64,000 nucleotides of DNA from Dicyema japonicum (taxonomy: Eukaryota; Animalia; Dicyemida), in the NCBI GenBank assembly GCA_011109175.1, contig RDEW01000009.1:454875-518874 (forward strand), in the 5' to 3' direction. Each line of letters opens with the position of its first letter. Position 1 is the first letter of the stretch. Made by a program: the position numbers and the translations under genes. A model generated the notes under the pieces. It did no database searches. It was not told the origin of the DNA and was given only the letters and a program-made list of their open reading frames with translations. Below, piece by piece: positions 51,946-63,779 of the stretch.

Positions 51946-52390
51946 TCATTTTGTAAGTGTTTTAAGGTATCCAATCGTTTCATTCCGTCCATATATTGTT
52001 GCTACTACCAGAGGTGTTTGGCCATATTTGTCAGATACAGCAAAATTAGCTCCGTGTTTTCTGAAGAGTATCAGAATTCTGACGGATCCGACAGATGCAG
52101 CATAATGAACAGCTGTCCACCCGATTGAGCTTCTAACTTCAATGTCAGCATTATGTCTTAGTAAAATGTCCACAATTTCAGGTCTATCTGAATATCCGTT
52201 AATCTCTCACAAAACCATATAACGAAGCCCAGTGCAGGATCGTCATGTCGGAGCATTCGTCGTCTTGAAAGTCAACATTATGGGAATCCTGGTCCAATAG
52301 TCTTATTAGTTTGCTTTTATCTCCCAATATACATGCAGAGAAGAGGTCGGTTCTGTATTGGAGAAGGAATTCTAAAGCTAGTCTACTCAT
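51946..52390 (-). CDS. Ankyrin-repeat protein (spliced)
   Basis: TILHWASLYG, GWTAVHYAASVG..ILILFRKHGAN and GQTPLVVATIYG. Confidence 0.8.
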
Positions 52391-53198
52391 ATACTTGAAT
52401 ATTTAGTCATTTACGGTCATTGCTGCTTGAATATTTAAAATAATATCATGCATGATTTGCTTAACCTGTCATTGTGGCCAGGAGAGCTTACGGTTATTAT
52501 AATTTCTTAATTGGTCAGAAGGGAGATCTGGTAACGTGGTCCTAGTACAATTATGATGACTTGGTATGCACTAAATGGAGATTAAGGGATTGAAGTAAAA
52601 AAATGTCAGATAGAAATATCCCTTGTCCGCCCAAAATATTAGACCAAGAATCACCATTGTGTTAAGAGAAAGATTAGTCCATTAAACGGTCCACAATAGC
52701 TCCTTCATCTTCGTGTTTTCCCATCGGGACCACACCGTGTTAAGTCTAACGAAGTCATAATATTTAAGGTGCTACACGTCCTAGTACTGGAAGTCATAAC
52801 ATTTAAGGTTAGGTTGTATAGCCACCACCATATAGCTTCCGGTTAAGATTTTATAGTTAATTTTACTACGAATGATAGACGTCTGATGCAGATTTTCATC
52901 AGTTTTTGGTTTTCTTTGTACTTGTATTGCAGAATATTCTATCCATATTTTTTTTCATTTCAAATCCCAGAATCCATTTCCCCTGATATAATAGAATAAT
53001 ACGAAAATACTTCAGTATTTCCAAATTCCTTAGGATTATAGAAGCTACCAGTTTTACAGTCACCATTTCCCTTGTCTCATAATATACATCAAAGCACACT
53101 AAATCATAATTAGGGCAAAACATTTTTTAACCTTAAAATTAAAAAATTCAACTTTATTCTCAATTTAAACTTTTTTTTAAATATTTAAACAATAGAAG

Positions 53199-56100
53199 TC
53201 AGGTAGCTGCCGCCCTCACTGCGTGGCTGTTCCCTCTCAAAATTGCGAGCGAAATTCGCTCAAATAGCCAGCGGCGTTCACGGAGATCTCCAGTGCATGA
53301 GGTGATCCGGTTTCCAAGACGTCCGAAAAACTCGAGTGTAGAGGGGGAGTAGGATCCGGAAGTCTCCATAGCAAGGGGAACAAATTTGACATCATCGGGA
53401 AGGTCGACGTATTTAATGAGTTTGGCCTTTTCCGCCTTTACGGATGCTGAACAGGCCCTTGTAGCACTCTCGTGAAGATTTTTCTGGGCGAACGTGTCTG
53501 TACATGTCACATCCCAAACCAGTGGTTTCCCGGCCTCAAATGGAAATATGGTCATCCCTTCTGGTCGTTTCCCGTCACTTCTGCATAACCCGACCGGTTC
53601 AAGAATGGCCGAGTATCCAGCAGCATCCATAGCTCGTCTGACAATTTCATTCAGAGCCTTGTGCCTTGGGGATCTGCCAGCGCTCCTCCTGCAGGCGAGA
53701 GGGTGCAGGCCATAGCAGTCTATCAGGATGCCACATCGGCACGGGTGAGGTACACATACTTTTAGTCCCAGCCGCAGAGAGATACCAGTTCTAACGCATT
53801 CATCATCCAGAAAAGTGCCCAAAGCTCCATTGGGGATGGCGTTTAGCCAAGCTCCGCTCTCAGGGGAAGCCCCCGAAAGCAAACAAGCGCGTCGGTGCTG
53901 ATTGGCAGATTCTAGGAGTCCAAATGATTTCCAGCATAATAAGTTGTCCAGGTTTCGCTGGCGATCTTGGGAAGGAGGCAGGGGGAGGTTGGTGGCATTC
54001 CAGGCTTCTCGTGCGTGGATTATCTCTTGGTCAGTTGAGAATTCGGGTGGGGAGTGTAGAATCCTCCTGACCAAAGGTTCGCAGGCCGTGAGTGATGATA
54101 AATGAGCGGGAAGTGAGACGTCCAAAGTTCGACGGATTCCAAGACCCCCGAATCTAACTGGGAGTGTAGCCTGCATCCATGTATCATCGTCGAATCGGAC
54201 ATTAAATATTTGCTCCGTCGAGCTGAGGAGAGACAAATCAAAATTCTCGAGCAGCTCCAGTTGAGAATAATATGGAGCTGTCCTTAGTAGATAGGAGATT
54301 CTCTGGATGTTGAGACTTCTTTTCAATAGGAATAGTGCTGTGTGCAAGTCCAGCAGCTGTAATCTTTCCAGCGAATCGCATAGGAGTCGTTTTTTGTCAA
54401 GGAGGACATGCTTCATCGCATTACTAGTGATCGGGGATCCAAGAAAAATCAATTCATTTTCAGGGGTCGAAATCCCACCGGGAAACAAGGAGTAAAATTT
54501 TTGAACAATTGAAGAGAAGTCATCGTCAGCAAGACCACAGTTTGTTATTTCACATTTCGTTATATTCAACTGAAGACCCACCTCGGACAGCGCGGGGTGA
54601 GTACTTCTAAGTCCTGGAAGACCGTTTCCGGGGGACCTCCTAAGACAGCGTCATCGAGGTACCAGATGTTGAGTGGGCATCTAGAGAGCTTCGTGATCCT
54701 CTCAATGCCGAGGGAGAACAGCAGTGGTCCGAGGGGGTCGCCCTGTTGAACACCTGAGGACGATGGAACTATGAAATCCCCGTGCAATAGTGATGAAGGT
54801 TTTCCGTATGAATAATTGACCAGTTCAAATATGTACGGACATCTTTCCTTGCAGGCCTCCAGAATGCAGTCTCTTCTTAAGCTGTTAAAAGCGTTCTTGA
54901 TGTCCAGTTTTACCATAATGTGCCTTTTAAAGTCTTGAATGCTGCTGTTCCTGAATCTTCTGACGGAGTGAACGGCTGCCTCACATCCAAGACGAACTCC
55001 GACTCCAACTTGACTGGGAAGTAAGGATTTTGACAAGATTGACGTAGAAAATCTGGAAGCAATCTTGGCTGCTAGTCTTCTGAAAGTGAATCCGACCGCG
55101 ATCGGGCGGATTCCACCTCCCTTCTTGTCGACGGCAATCAGACTAGCCGAAAACAAGATATGACGTATCAAATCAGGCAAATGTCCAGATAATATCCTGT
55201 TCATAAGAGAAGTGAGTGAGTATGAAAGACGACTTGCTTGGTCTCCAATAGTCGGTGAAATAAGGTCTTTAAGATGGCCGGGCCTTAAGCCATCGAGACC
55301 TCCACAGCTACTTGGTGCAAAGTTCCATAACGCCGTGATGACATCCTCAGGCGACGTGGTCAAAGGGGTCACTTCTGATGGGGGCGAGCAATGGCGTAGG
55401 TCATTCGGAGAGGGTGGATGTTTCCCCAATAGTCTTGTAAGTATCAATGGTTGGATTGCGTGGTCCATCTGAGAGTGAGAGGGCCTTCAATGCGGATCGG
55501 GTTCCTCCTTCAAGCAACTTCGATCGTACGGTCTTCTTAGGCGAAGAATCTCCGTTTCCCGAGTTGAACTCCGAGTCTCAGTTGAACGGATGCAGAAGGA
55601 CGTGAGGTCCGTAAAGTGAGTTCCATCCATAAATGCGCGGATGTTGTTCTTCATCTCAATCGAGAGAGACTCTTCCCATTGCGATCTCTGAGGAGCCAAG
55701 AGCGAAAGGAGCAAAATTAAACAAACGTATCCAGTCGTTTATAGAGTCGGAGCGGAGTGCATCGTCGATTGCTTTGGTTAAGGCTTCGGCAGCTAGGGGG
55801 CGGGCTGCTTTAGGGATCTTCACCGGGATACTCCTCGATGACCGGCGTTCATTGATAATTTTGAGCAGCGAATCTGGATCCAAATGGGAAAGGTCTTCCC
55901 CGGAGGTACATGCACTCGCGTGACCATTAGGAAACCCCGAACCAATTCCAAAGCACGAGCGGCAGTTCCATACCCCAAGAGCACGGATAGAGGCCTGAGA
56001 GAGCTTCAAACACCCGAGGTGAAAGAAGACTCCACAGGCAGAACAAGAAATTCCAAACTTTCTCAAATTGCTCATGTTGCAGGCAGAGCAATTAGACAAT

Positions 56101-56230
56101 GACTTTTCGAGTAACATTCCACTGAATCAACAATAGACGAAAATCAAGAATAGGGGAATAATCTCAATAGGCGAAAAGTCAAAAATAAGAAAATTATCAC
56201 AATAGGCGAAAAACAACAACACAACACACA
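53199..56230 (-). mobile_element. Full-length CRE-like RLE retrotransposon: PHD finger - RT - CCHC - RLE, with frameshifts
   Basis: N-terminal C4HC3 (CSAC...CSAC..FFHLGC...WNCRSC). RT motifs GGLDGLRP, GGIRPIAVG, KLDIKNAFN, GVQQGDPLGP and WYLDD. CRCG..HPLAC knuckle; RLE KRPEG..WDVT..LAMET. The 5' UTR has TTTTCGYCTATTG repeats and is flanked by an A-run. Confidence 0.92.
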
Positions 56231-56289
56231 ACGACAACACGTTTTTTTTTTTTTAAACTTGAAAAAATATAGATACGAAACAATAAATG

Positions 56290-56860
56290 ACAAATGTTGT
56301 TTTTAAAGACTATTTATTGAAAATAACATTACGTAATTTTCAAGATTTCGTGTACAAAAGTTTTTGTTTGTCCTCAAAAAAACTCTTGAATTGCGAAAAA
56401 CATCTTTCGACAAATTCCGTGGATGGCTGACTATATATAAGGAACGAATAATCTTCAGGAGATTTTTTACATTCCATATTAATAATTTTAGTTAAGTCGC
56501 TTTCCAAAATTCTCTTCTCCAAATATCGTTTGACTCCTGTTTCATCTTTCCCAAAATATATTGCACTAAGCGTCGAATATGCGTGAATGAGACCAAATTA
56601 GTAATTTTAAGCAGTTTGATTGATCCCATCAAAACCGCGACATATCGTTTGTTTCGGATTTGAGTTTCATCGGTTATCGCAAAAATTTTTTGTTCTCTAG
56701 AAAATAAAATTTGATGAAATACTTGAATATGCCCTGAAGGAAGCTATGTATTTATTTGTAATATATTTGGCACAGTTCCTTGCGTTCGATGCAAAGAAAG
56801 GGAAATTGGTTGTATTTGAAAAGATGTAAACTACATGCTGTTTAATTTTTATTTAATAGG
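56290..56860 (-). mobile_element. Internally deleted copy of the 19180-20600 hAT-like element
   Basis: 56720-56800 matches 19605-19680 and 56825-56845 matches 19197-19217. ORF 56340-56522 has the VERCFSQFK dimerisation motif. Confidence 0.75.
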
Positions 56861-57132
56861 ATTGCTGACCAGAAAGAAAAGGGATCAACGAGAAGGGTTA
56901 TGGCTAAGACAAAAGATCGGAATAGCCATACTCCGAGGGAACTCGTTCGCAATCCACGCAGCAGGCTTCCTCAACTGACATTTGTTTAATTGTTAAAAAA
57001 TTTGTTAATAAAAAAAATAGTAAAATAATAATTTGTTGAAATAATTTTTTTTCTTAATAACAAAAAATTTTTAACAATTAAACAAATGTCAGTTGAGGAA
57101 GCCTGCTGCGTGGATTGCGAACGAGTTCCCTT
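56860..57132. mobile_element. Tail-to-tail inverted pair of CRE-family-A 3' fragments
   Basis: Plus copy at 56860-57015 with AATAG TSD (56855-59 and 57016-20). Minus copy at ~57055-57132. About 70 bp of near-perfect inverted arms. Confidence 0.85.
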
Positions 57133-59074
57133 GAAATAATTAAAAAAAATAAATTAAAAAAATTAAACCTTACGATTTATTTTTTAACTTTTTAACTTTA
57201 TAATTTTTTTAAAATATAAAGGGAGAACGTTTAAAAATAATTAAAAAACAGAATTTGTAATTAAAACCATTGGGAAGTCGATCATGCCAAGGGCGGTTAT
57301 CCTGTACATCATTTTTAAGTATTCTCATATTTTGAGATTTTTAAGAAATCTGAGAAGGATTTTATAGAAAGGGTTAGTTGGCAGGTTTCCCTTATGAATT
57401 TTCGTTATTACTGTTAGAGTACCTTCTTAATAGTGATCACCAGGGAAGCTGCTACAGGTTGTTTCCTAACAGTGATTACAATCAACAAAAAGCTGTTACT
57501 GATGAAAAAAGGGAGCTGTTACGTTTTACCACCAAAACAATGTTGTGACGAACAGGGAAACTGTTCGAGTACCTTCCAGTGATCACCAGAGAACTTTCTA
57601 CAGAGAATTATTAACAAATGTTCAAATATAACTACTGAGGGAAAATATATAACTTGAAATTCCAGTAGAGGCATGATTTTATGTTATTTCAATAAGTCAC
57701 TTTGCTATGAAAATCACACAACTATTGTTATGCCATGATTATGGTTAGTTTAAGTTCTAATTAGATTATTAGTCCTAAAGTTGAGGTGGTGACGTACCTC
57801 TTCTACTTTTCTTCATGATGGTGAAAGAATTTGTCTTACTTATCTCAATCATGAGACATCATAAATTTGAATTCCTGAACAAGAAAAGTGTCGGATGCAC
57901 AAAATTTGTATTCGAATCCCGTCCAGTGCGAAACTTTGTGGATCATGATAAGAATACTTGACTTTCAGCGAAATACCGATATATCCAAGTGGTGTTAATC
58001 ATTTGTTTTTTTTGACTACTCTGTGTTTAGAGCCCAAATCACTCGAACTGAAATAACATGGACAGTTACTAATCCTCGGACGTACTATTATAATATGCAA
58101 CTATAAAAGATCCAAATTTGGTTTGTGAGCGATAGTTTCCTGACCCTTGTTTTATATATTTTAATTATATTTTTTAAAATAATTTTAATAAATAAATAAA
58201 AATTTAAATTTAAGATAGATAGCTATCAACATGCGTCAATGGATGTTGTGAAACCAAAAAAGAGAAAAGCCTCAACATTTGAAGAAAGAGTTGACGGAGT
58301 TTGTTCATTAAGTGTGATGTTAAATGATGGACTAATCAGCAGGGATAAAACCCTTTTAAACGTAACCCATTAGTTCATATTTTAGAAAGTGTTGCAAATT
58401 GATGACTACGAGTTGATCAAGGGAACCTTGAAGCGACTCTCTGACGAATCGACCATTTCTTTGCATGAGGAATTATGTACGAGACTCAACAGTCCTCCTC
58501 AGATGTAGTTATTTCTGTAATTTTCAAGTGCTTCGCCTGCTGTCAAATGGCTTAAATATTTGTGGCAGACACGTGGTCATTTATTAAGAGGGAACAAGTT
58601 GGCGACGATTCAGCTCGGTCAAAAGACTTCTTTGTACAACAAGTTATGCTCACAAAGGCAGACTCGACCTTATTAATTAAAATTTTTTATACTATTTTAC
58701 AATCATTTTTTAATTTATAATTTAAATTTTGTTATTTGTTGAAACCACGTTGAAAATAGATTTTTTTTCCCATTCCTTAGCGACAAATTTATTAATTTTC
58801 ATGTGCGTATGGGTCCTGCTCCTTTTGGTTTGGGAACCAGATCCTTGGTATATTCTATGATTTTTTAGTTTCTGAAGCTTCATGTACCCAAGATCTTTTA
58901 TTTAGTCCATATAGGTATAAGAAGTACTTGTGCAATGGACCCACCAGATGAAACTTTCGAATAGATCAACCAAAATAATTCAGATTACTTCCAGCGAGAA
59001 CTGAGATTTTTGATGTTATTTTATCATTTCTACGTTTAATATTTTTTGCTAATTATTATGATGGCTGAGTTCTT

Positions 59075-59225
59075 GCGAGAACTCGGAGGATTGCTTGCCA
59101 GAAAGAAAAGGGATCAACGAGAAGGGTTATGGCTAAGACAAAAGATAGGAATAGCCATACTCCGAGGGAACTCGTTCGCAATCCACGCAGCAGGCTTCCT
59201 CAACTGACATTTGTTTAATTTTTTT
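59075..59225 (+). mobile_element. CRE-family-A 3' fragment
   Basis: Near-identical to the 56860 copy, extended 5' (FLRELGGLLARKKRDQREGLWLRQKIG). Confidence 0.85.
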
Positions 59226-59766
59226 AATTGTTTAAAAAAATTATTATGATTAATTTGTCTGAGTTATTTTCACTACCCTGGTGACGTCGTTATTTGCACT
59301 ATATGATAACTCTAGTGCACTTACTGTCTTTTTTCCTCAATATAATTTCAGTGCCGTTTCTTGATGAACTCCGAAATCATCCGATACGCCAACTTTCGGA
59401 ATTGGAAAACCCTATAATTTGAAAATACTCAAACTACTCTCATTAGTTTCATTTGGCATCAACTTAACTTTTCGTATGACCTCATCCAGAAAAAAACTTA
59501 TTCTCTAGAAAAGCAGTTGTAATGTTACTGATAGATTAACGTCAGAATTTGCACTTTATATGTCTGAGTATCACATTAAATTCAGACTTTTATTGAAGGA
59601 AATGTCATGTTTTACGGACATTTTCAAATATTTCCTATTTTCTTAATCCGTGCATGTCAGATGATTAATCAATGCGGTCTTAGCACGACTTTCTTGGTTC
59701 CTGACCTGTATTGGTCTGGTATGTAATCATGGAGTTTAGTGCTATATCACATTTCTTTGTGAAAAA

Positions 59767-59834
59767 GGTTGGTGTTGTGGTTATCATTTCGGACTTTGAA
59801 TCCTGAGGCCCAAGTTTGAATCACGGGTTATCCT
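59767..59834 (+). pseudogene. tRNA-Gln(TTG)-like pseudogene or tRNA-derived head
   Basis: TGGTGTTGTGGTTATCA..TCGGA-CTTTGAA-TCC closely follows tRNA-Gln(TTG). The acceptor stem does not pair and the T-loop is degenerate (GTTTGAATC). Confidence 0.6.
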
Positions 59835-59879
59835 ATAGTTTTTATTGAGATTATGAGGGGTAAGTCTTAATCAGTTCTG

Positions 59880-60230
59880 AGTGCCTGCTACTCTGAGTGG
59901 GCTTACTTGCAATCTTAAACTCGTCGGACTTGACAGAGGTCATGCCAAAAAACCGGATGGCGTAACATCCATCACATGGAGACAAGGGAGGTGTCTTCCT
60001 TGGGATTCAACGTGCATAGATACTTTCTCAAAGCGAATCTTCACATGTCATCGTATTGCGTGGATTGCTGCAGAAGATTCGAAAAGGAGGAAGTATCTCT
60101 ATTACTCCCTGGATTGTGTGGTCCAACCTTCTCATTCAACTCTCTATCTGTATGGAGAACGCATCCTAATAGAATCGTCATGCAGAACAGTTTTGAAGAT
60201 TTCAGTTAGTTTATTTTTTTTAAATAAAAA
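59880..60230 (+). mobile_element. CRE-like RLE remnant
   Basis: KKPDGVTSITWRQGRCLPWDSTCIDT. Confidence 0.7.
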
Positions 60231-60249
60231 CGGTTTAATACAAAAACTA

Positions 60250-61360
60250 AATGTTAACAACGACTGGTAGATCTCATATTTGAGAATGCATTTCCCCTTA
60301 CGATCTGCGAAGAAATGCACTGAATGGGCCAGCTCCTTTCTCTCCTATCATTTTTCTTCTCCGCGGTCCGATTCTGTTTAGCAGGATCAGTTACCTGTTT
60401 CCTATGATTCCTGACGTTTCCATGGCGACTGCTTCAAAACTGAACTGTCCACCGAGACATACGTATTTCTTCATCTTTAGGGGCTCAGCCTTTCCGAAGC
60501 AGAGCCTGGGTTAATTGCTGTCATAACAAGGTTGGAGGGAAAAAAGCTATCCATACAGGAGGCGTCCCATGCAAGAATCTACTGCTTTCCCATGGGAAGA
60601 GAGTGGTTCCGTCCGGTCTTCGGTTGGCTTGAGCAAGTCAAAGTGGCTCCAATTGGGCAGTGAATCCAGCAACCTCAAGTCCCCAAGCAATAACTCCGTT
60701 GATTGCGGCGTGTCTTGGACTCCTCCCAGCACTCCTCCGGCAGGAAAGACCGTAAGACTTATCGCGTCAACCATTCCTCCACATCTCAGCAGATCAGATG
60801 TGCAAACATTCAGTCCGAGGCGGACAGAAACCACAATCTTCGTGGCGTCGTCACCCAATAGTGTCCCAAGTGAGGTGCATGGTAATGCTCTAAGTCAGAC
60901 ACCACTTTCGTTCGCAAGTGCAGAGATGGCGGACTCGACCTCTGCCACCACAATTTCCCAAGTCCCTCCAACGGTCACATCATCCAGGTACCATAAGTTC
61001 AGTGGGGTTCCGATCGCTGATGCTGCACAATCGATGCCCAAGACAAAAGAGTAAGGGGCCAAGGTGGTCGCCTTTTTGGACTCCAGTCTTGGATTGTCCA
61101 AATATCACCCTGAATGGGTAACCATATGAGAGTTTCCTTATTCTGCTAATTTCAGGGAACCTGGAGATGCTAGCTTCTATTATTCTATCTCTGCGAATAC
61201 TATTAAAAGCATCGCGGATGTCAAGTTTGACTATTGTAGGATTCGTAGTGTCTGACGGACTGGCAGAGAAGATTGAGTGGATCACTGCCGGGCATCCATG
61301 AAGACTATGGTAGTCATCCATGAGCTTATGTGTTACAAGTCACCAGAGAGATATTTTCCT
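60250..61360 (-). mobile_element. CRE-like RT/RLE remnant
   Basis: KLDIRDAFN, GVQKGDHLGPLLF, WYLDD, VRLGLNVC and RPDG-like. Confidence 0.8.
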
Positions 61361-61589
61361 TAGTTTATTCAAAAATACGGTAACACCAGTTTCACTATCA
61401 TGCAGATAGCTGGCGACCATTTGGAAGCGACCGTCAATATCTGAGATCCCGCATTTTCACGTCCAGTACTGGAGGTCCTAGGCAAAGACAGACTTTTATC
61501 CACCCCACCGTTATCGTTCAAATGTTTGAATTTATCGAAATTCAATAATATAATGACAATTAATTCAATTATATTAAAATTATAACCTA

Positions 61590-63562
61590 TGTCGCGCGCA
61601 CAACGCACAACCATGCACAACGCGCAACAAATGTCAATCAATGTCATGTAAAAATCACGCCATGTCATTCGATAGTAGATTAGATAATATAATAGCACTT
61701 TCGCGAAAATAATCGTAAAAAATATATATTAATTAACAAGGAAATCACCGCTTTATCATATTTTCATTAATCATTTCACCAAAACTAGGACGTCAAAGTA
61801 AATAGACATAGGATGGATTGTCAGAAAAAGGGTACCGGGATGAAGAGTCTAGGCCTAACAGGCAGACTTATTAGTACCTAATTCGTAACATGTTGTTGAT
61901 CTTTATTTTATTCATAATCGTAAATCTAAGGATGCCTGCATACAGAGGTTATATAAAATGAGGAATATGAAATAATCGAACGCATTATTAAAGACCAAGT
62001 ATATCCAAGTACCAACAGGTATAAAAAATTTCGTTACCAACAGGCATAATACATTTCGCTTCTACAAAAAGCAAGAAATTTCATGATGATCAACGACAAA
62101 ATGTATCTGAAAAATCAGAATGGAAATCACAATTTGTCATTGGTATTGACAATGAGATGGATTTTTTAAACTCAGCACTTCATAACCAGGCTCATCTTGG
62201 AATGAATAAAATGGAGGATCTCTGCAATAAACACTGCTTCCACATTAAAAAAAAGCGTGATCCGCCGAGTAATGACTTCCTGTAAAATCTGTAAGTTTTC
62301 TACTTTAAAAGTTTGTTTTTTGGTAATATTTTAATAGATAAATGATGAAGAACATCACATCATTTTGTTAAAACCAAATGAAAGGTTTCAAATGGATCTT
62401 ATTGATCCGAAAAGATTTTATTCTGTCAACGATGAATACAAATGGATGCTCAATTGATGTATATTCAAAGTTGGCCATAACAAGAAAATCAAAAAACAAA
62501 TCTGGTTTTGAAGTAAGATGCTTAAAATCATATATTTATTTTAGGTTTCAATGGAATTAAAAAGCATATTCTATGAATATGGGCTTTTTATGATTTTGCA
62601 ATCAGACAATGGTACAGAATTTAGGTTAATTTTTACACGGATTCTGTCAAAAATGATGGGAAAAAACGCTGAAAAATCTTGGATTCAAATGTTACTTCGT
62701 GCCACTTATATGTATAACACAAATGTAAATTCGTCGAGCGGAAGAACAACTTTTGTGATGTATAGGGGCATTTCTGGTTTTAATACTGTTACACTAAATG
62801 ATGGTTGACTTAATTTTTAAAACTTTGACATAGATTTGGAGAATGATATTTGCGACGAGACAGTAAATACTGATGTTTGATGAGTCGTTAGAAGAAACAA
62901 ATAATGAAGCCACAAAGTCTGCTTGTGAAATGGGTTACAAAAAATGATTTTAAAATTAGAAAACTTTCAACTAAAGTTCATAAAACCAAATTTGAATTCA
63001 TCATATTTTAAGAGGATGAACAAAAGATGAATGTTCATCATGGAAAATACACTTTTTCAATAAAAGAACAAGTTTCTATTATTTAATTAAATTTAGGTAC
63101 GAGTTTTAAAAAACTATGGAACTAATCCTTCTTTAAGACTTGACAAATTTGAGAGTCCATACAGTGAGAATGTAGAAGTCTTAAGTTTATTATCAAACAA
63201 TCGTCTTGAGGTTAGTATGTAAAAAAATATTTTTAGTTTCGTTCAACGACTGGGGAAAAAAAATCATTTCAATGCACATGGTCAAGAAAATATAATTAAT
63301 TTTGATGTAATAAATGAAAACAAAAATTTTATTAAAGAAAGAAAATAGAGCAACTGTTATATAGAAGCTGCCCTGACTACGTGGCTATTCCCTCTCAGGA
63401 TAGCGAGATTCGTTTAAATAACCGGCAGGTAATAAATTATTTCTAGATTATCTTATTTTAGTAATTAATCGTGATATTGTTTGACATGATTTTGACATAT
63501 GAAATTGATTGACACATTGCTTTGTTGCGCGTTGCGCATGGTTGCTCACAGTGCGCACGACA
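61590..63562 (+). mobile_element. Second Ginger2/TDD-like integrase transposon with TIRs and 5-bp TSD
   Basis: Termini TGTCGCGCGCAC...GTGCGCACGACA with ~70-bp imperfect TIRs. ACCTA is duplicated on both sides. Encodes HNQAHLG...CKIC (HHCC) and LQSDNGTEF. Confidence 0.85.
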
Positions 63563-63779
63563 ACCTATAAGATTGTAGGAGAGGGTATTAACCACCAATT
63601 CTGTTAACTGTGGATAGAATTGGATAAAACCCTCCACCAGATCTAACTGACTGCTTTTGTAGTCAATGATATCTTGGTCTATTCGCATGAGAAGTTGGAA
63701 GATGAGGGTTCACACTCGTCATAAAAAGGTAGGGATATTCGACAACCTCAACTCTACGGGGACTGCAATGACCGTTTAT

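Noticed and set aside
54570-54600. Programmed -1 frameshift after the CRE YLDD motif (same break in the 45220 copy)
   Set aside because: There is no X XXY YYZ slippery heptamer. Both breaks are single-C losses in C-runs, matching the window-wide homopolymer deletion pattern, or inheritance from a dead master copy.
53100-56280. Spliced-leader, rRNA, U2 or telomere target for the CRE element
   Set aside because: The flanks are plain A/T runs. I saw no SL, rRNA, snRNA or telomeric repeat sequence.
57400-57620. Two-copy ~146-bp degenerate repeat (ACTGTT.GAGTACCTTC...AGTGATCACCAG.GAA..CTACAG)
   Set aside because: Real but weak, with no coding or structural interpretation I can support.
18980-59225. 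Near-identical ~70-150-bp dispersed repeat as a novel ncRNA or MITE
   Set aside because: It translates to the CRE endonuclease C-terminus (WLRQKIGIAILRGNSFAIHAAGFLN*), has variable 5' truncation and A-rich tails, and has no TIRs. These are truncated retrocopies.
12136-61054. Many ORF-track ORFs antisense to RT frames (e.g. 14681-15040, 31568-32131, 55633-55923, 60569-61054)
   Set aside because: They are shadow ORFs of GC-richer retroelement coding strands, with no domain motifs.
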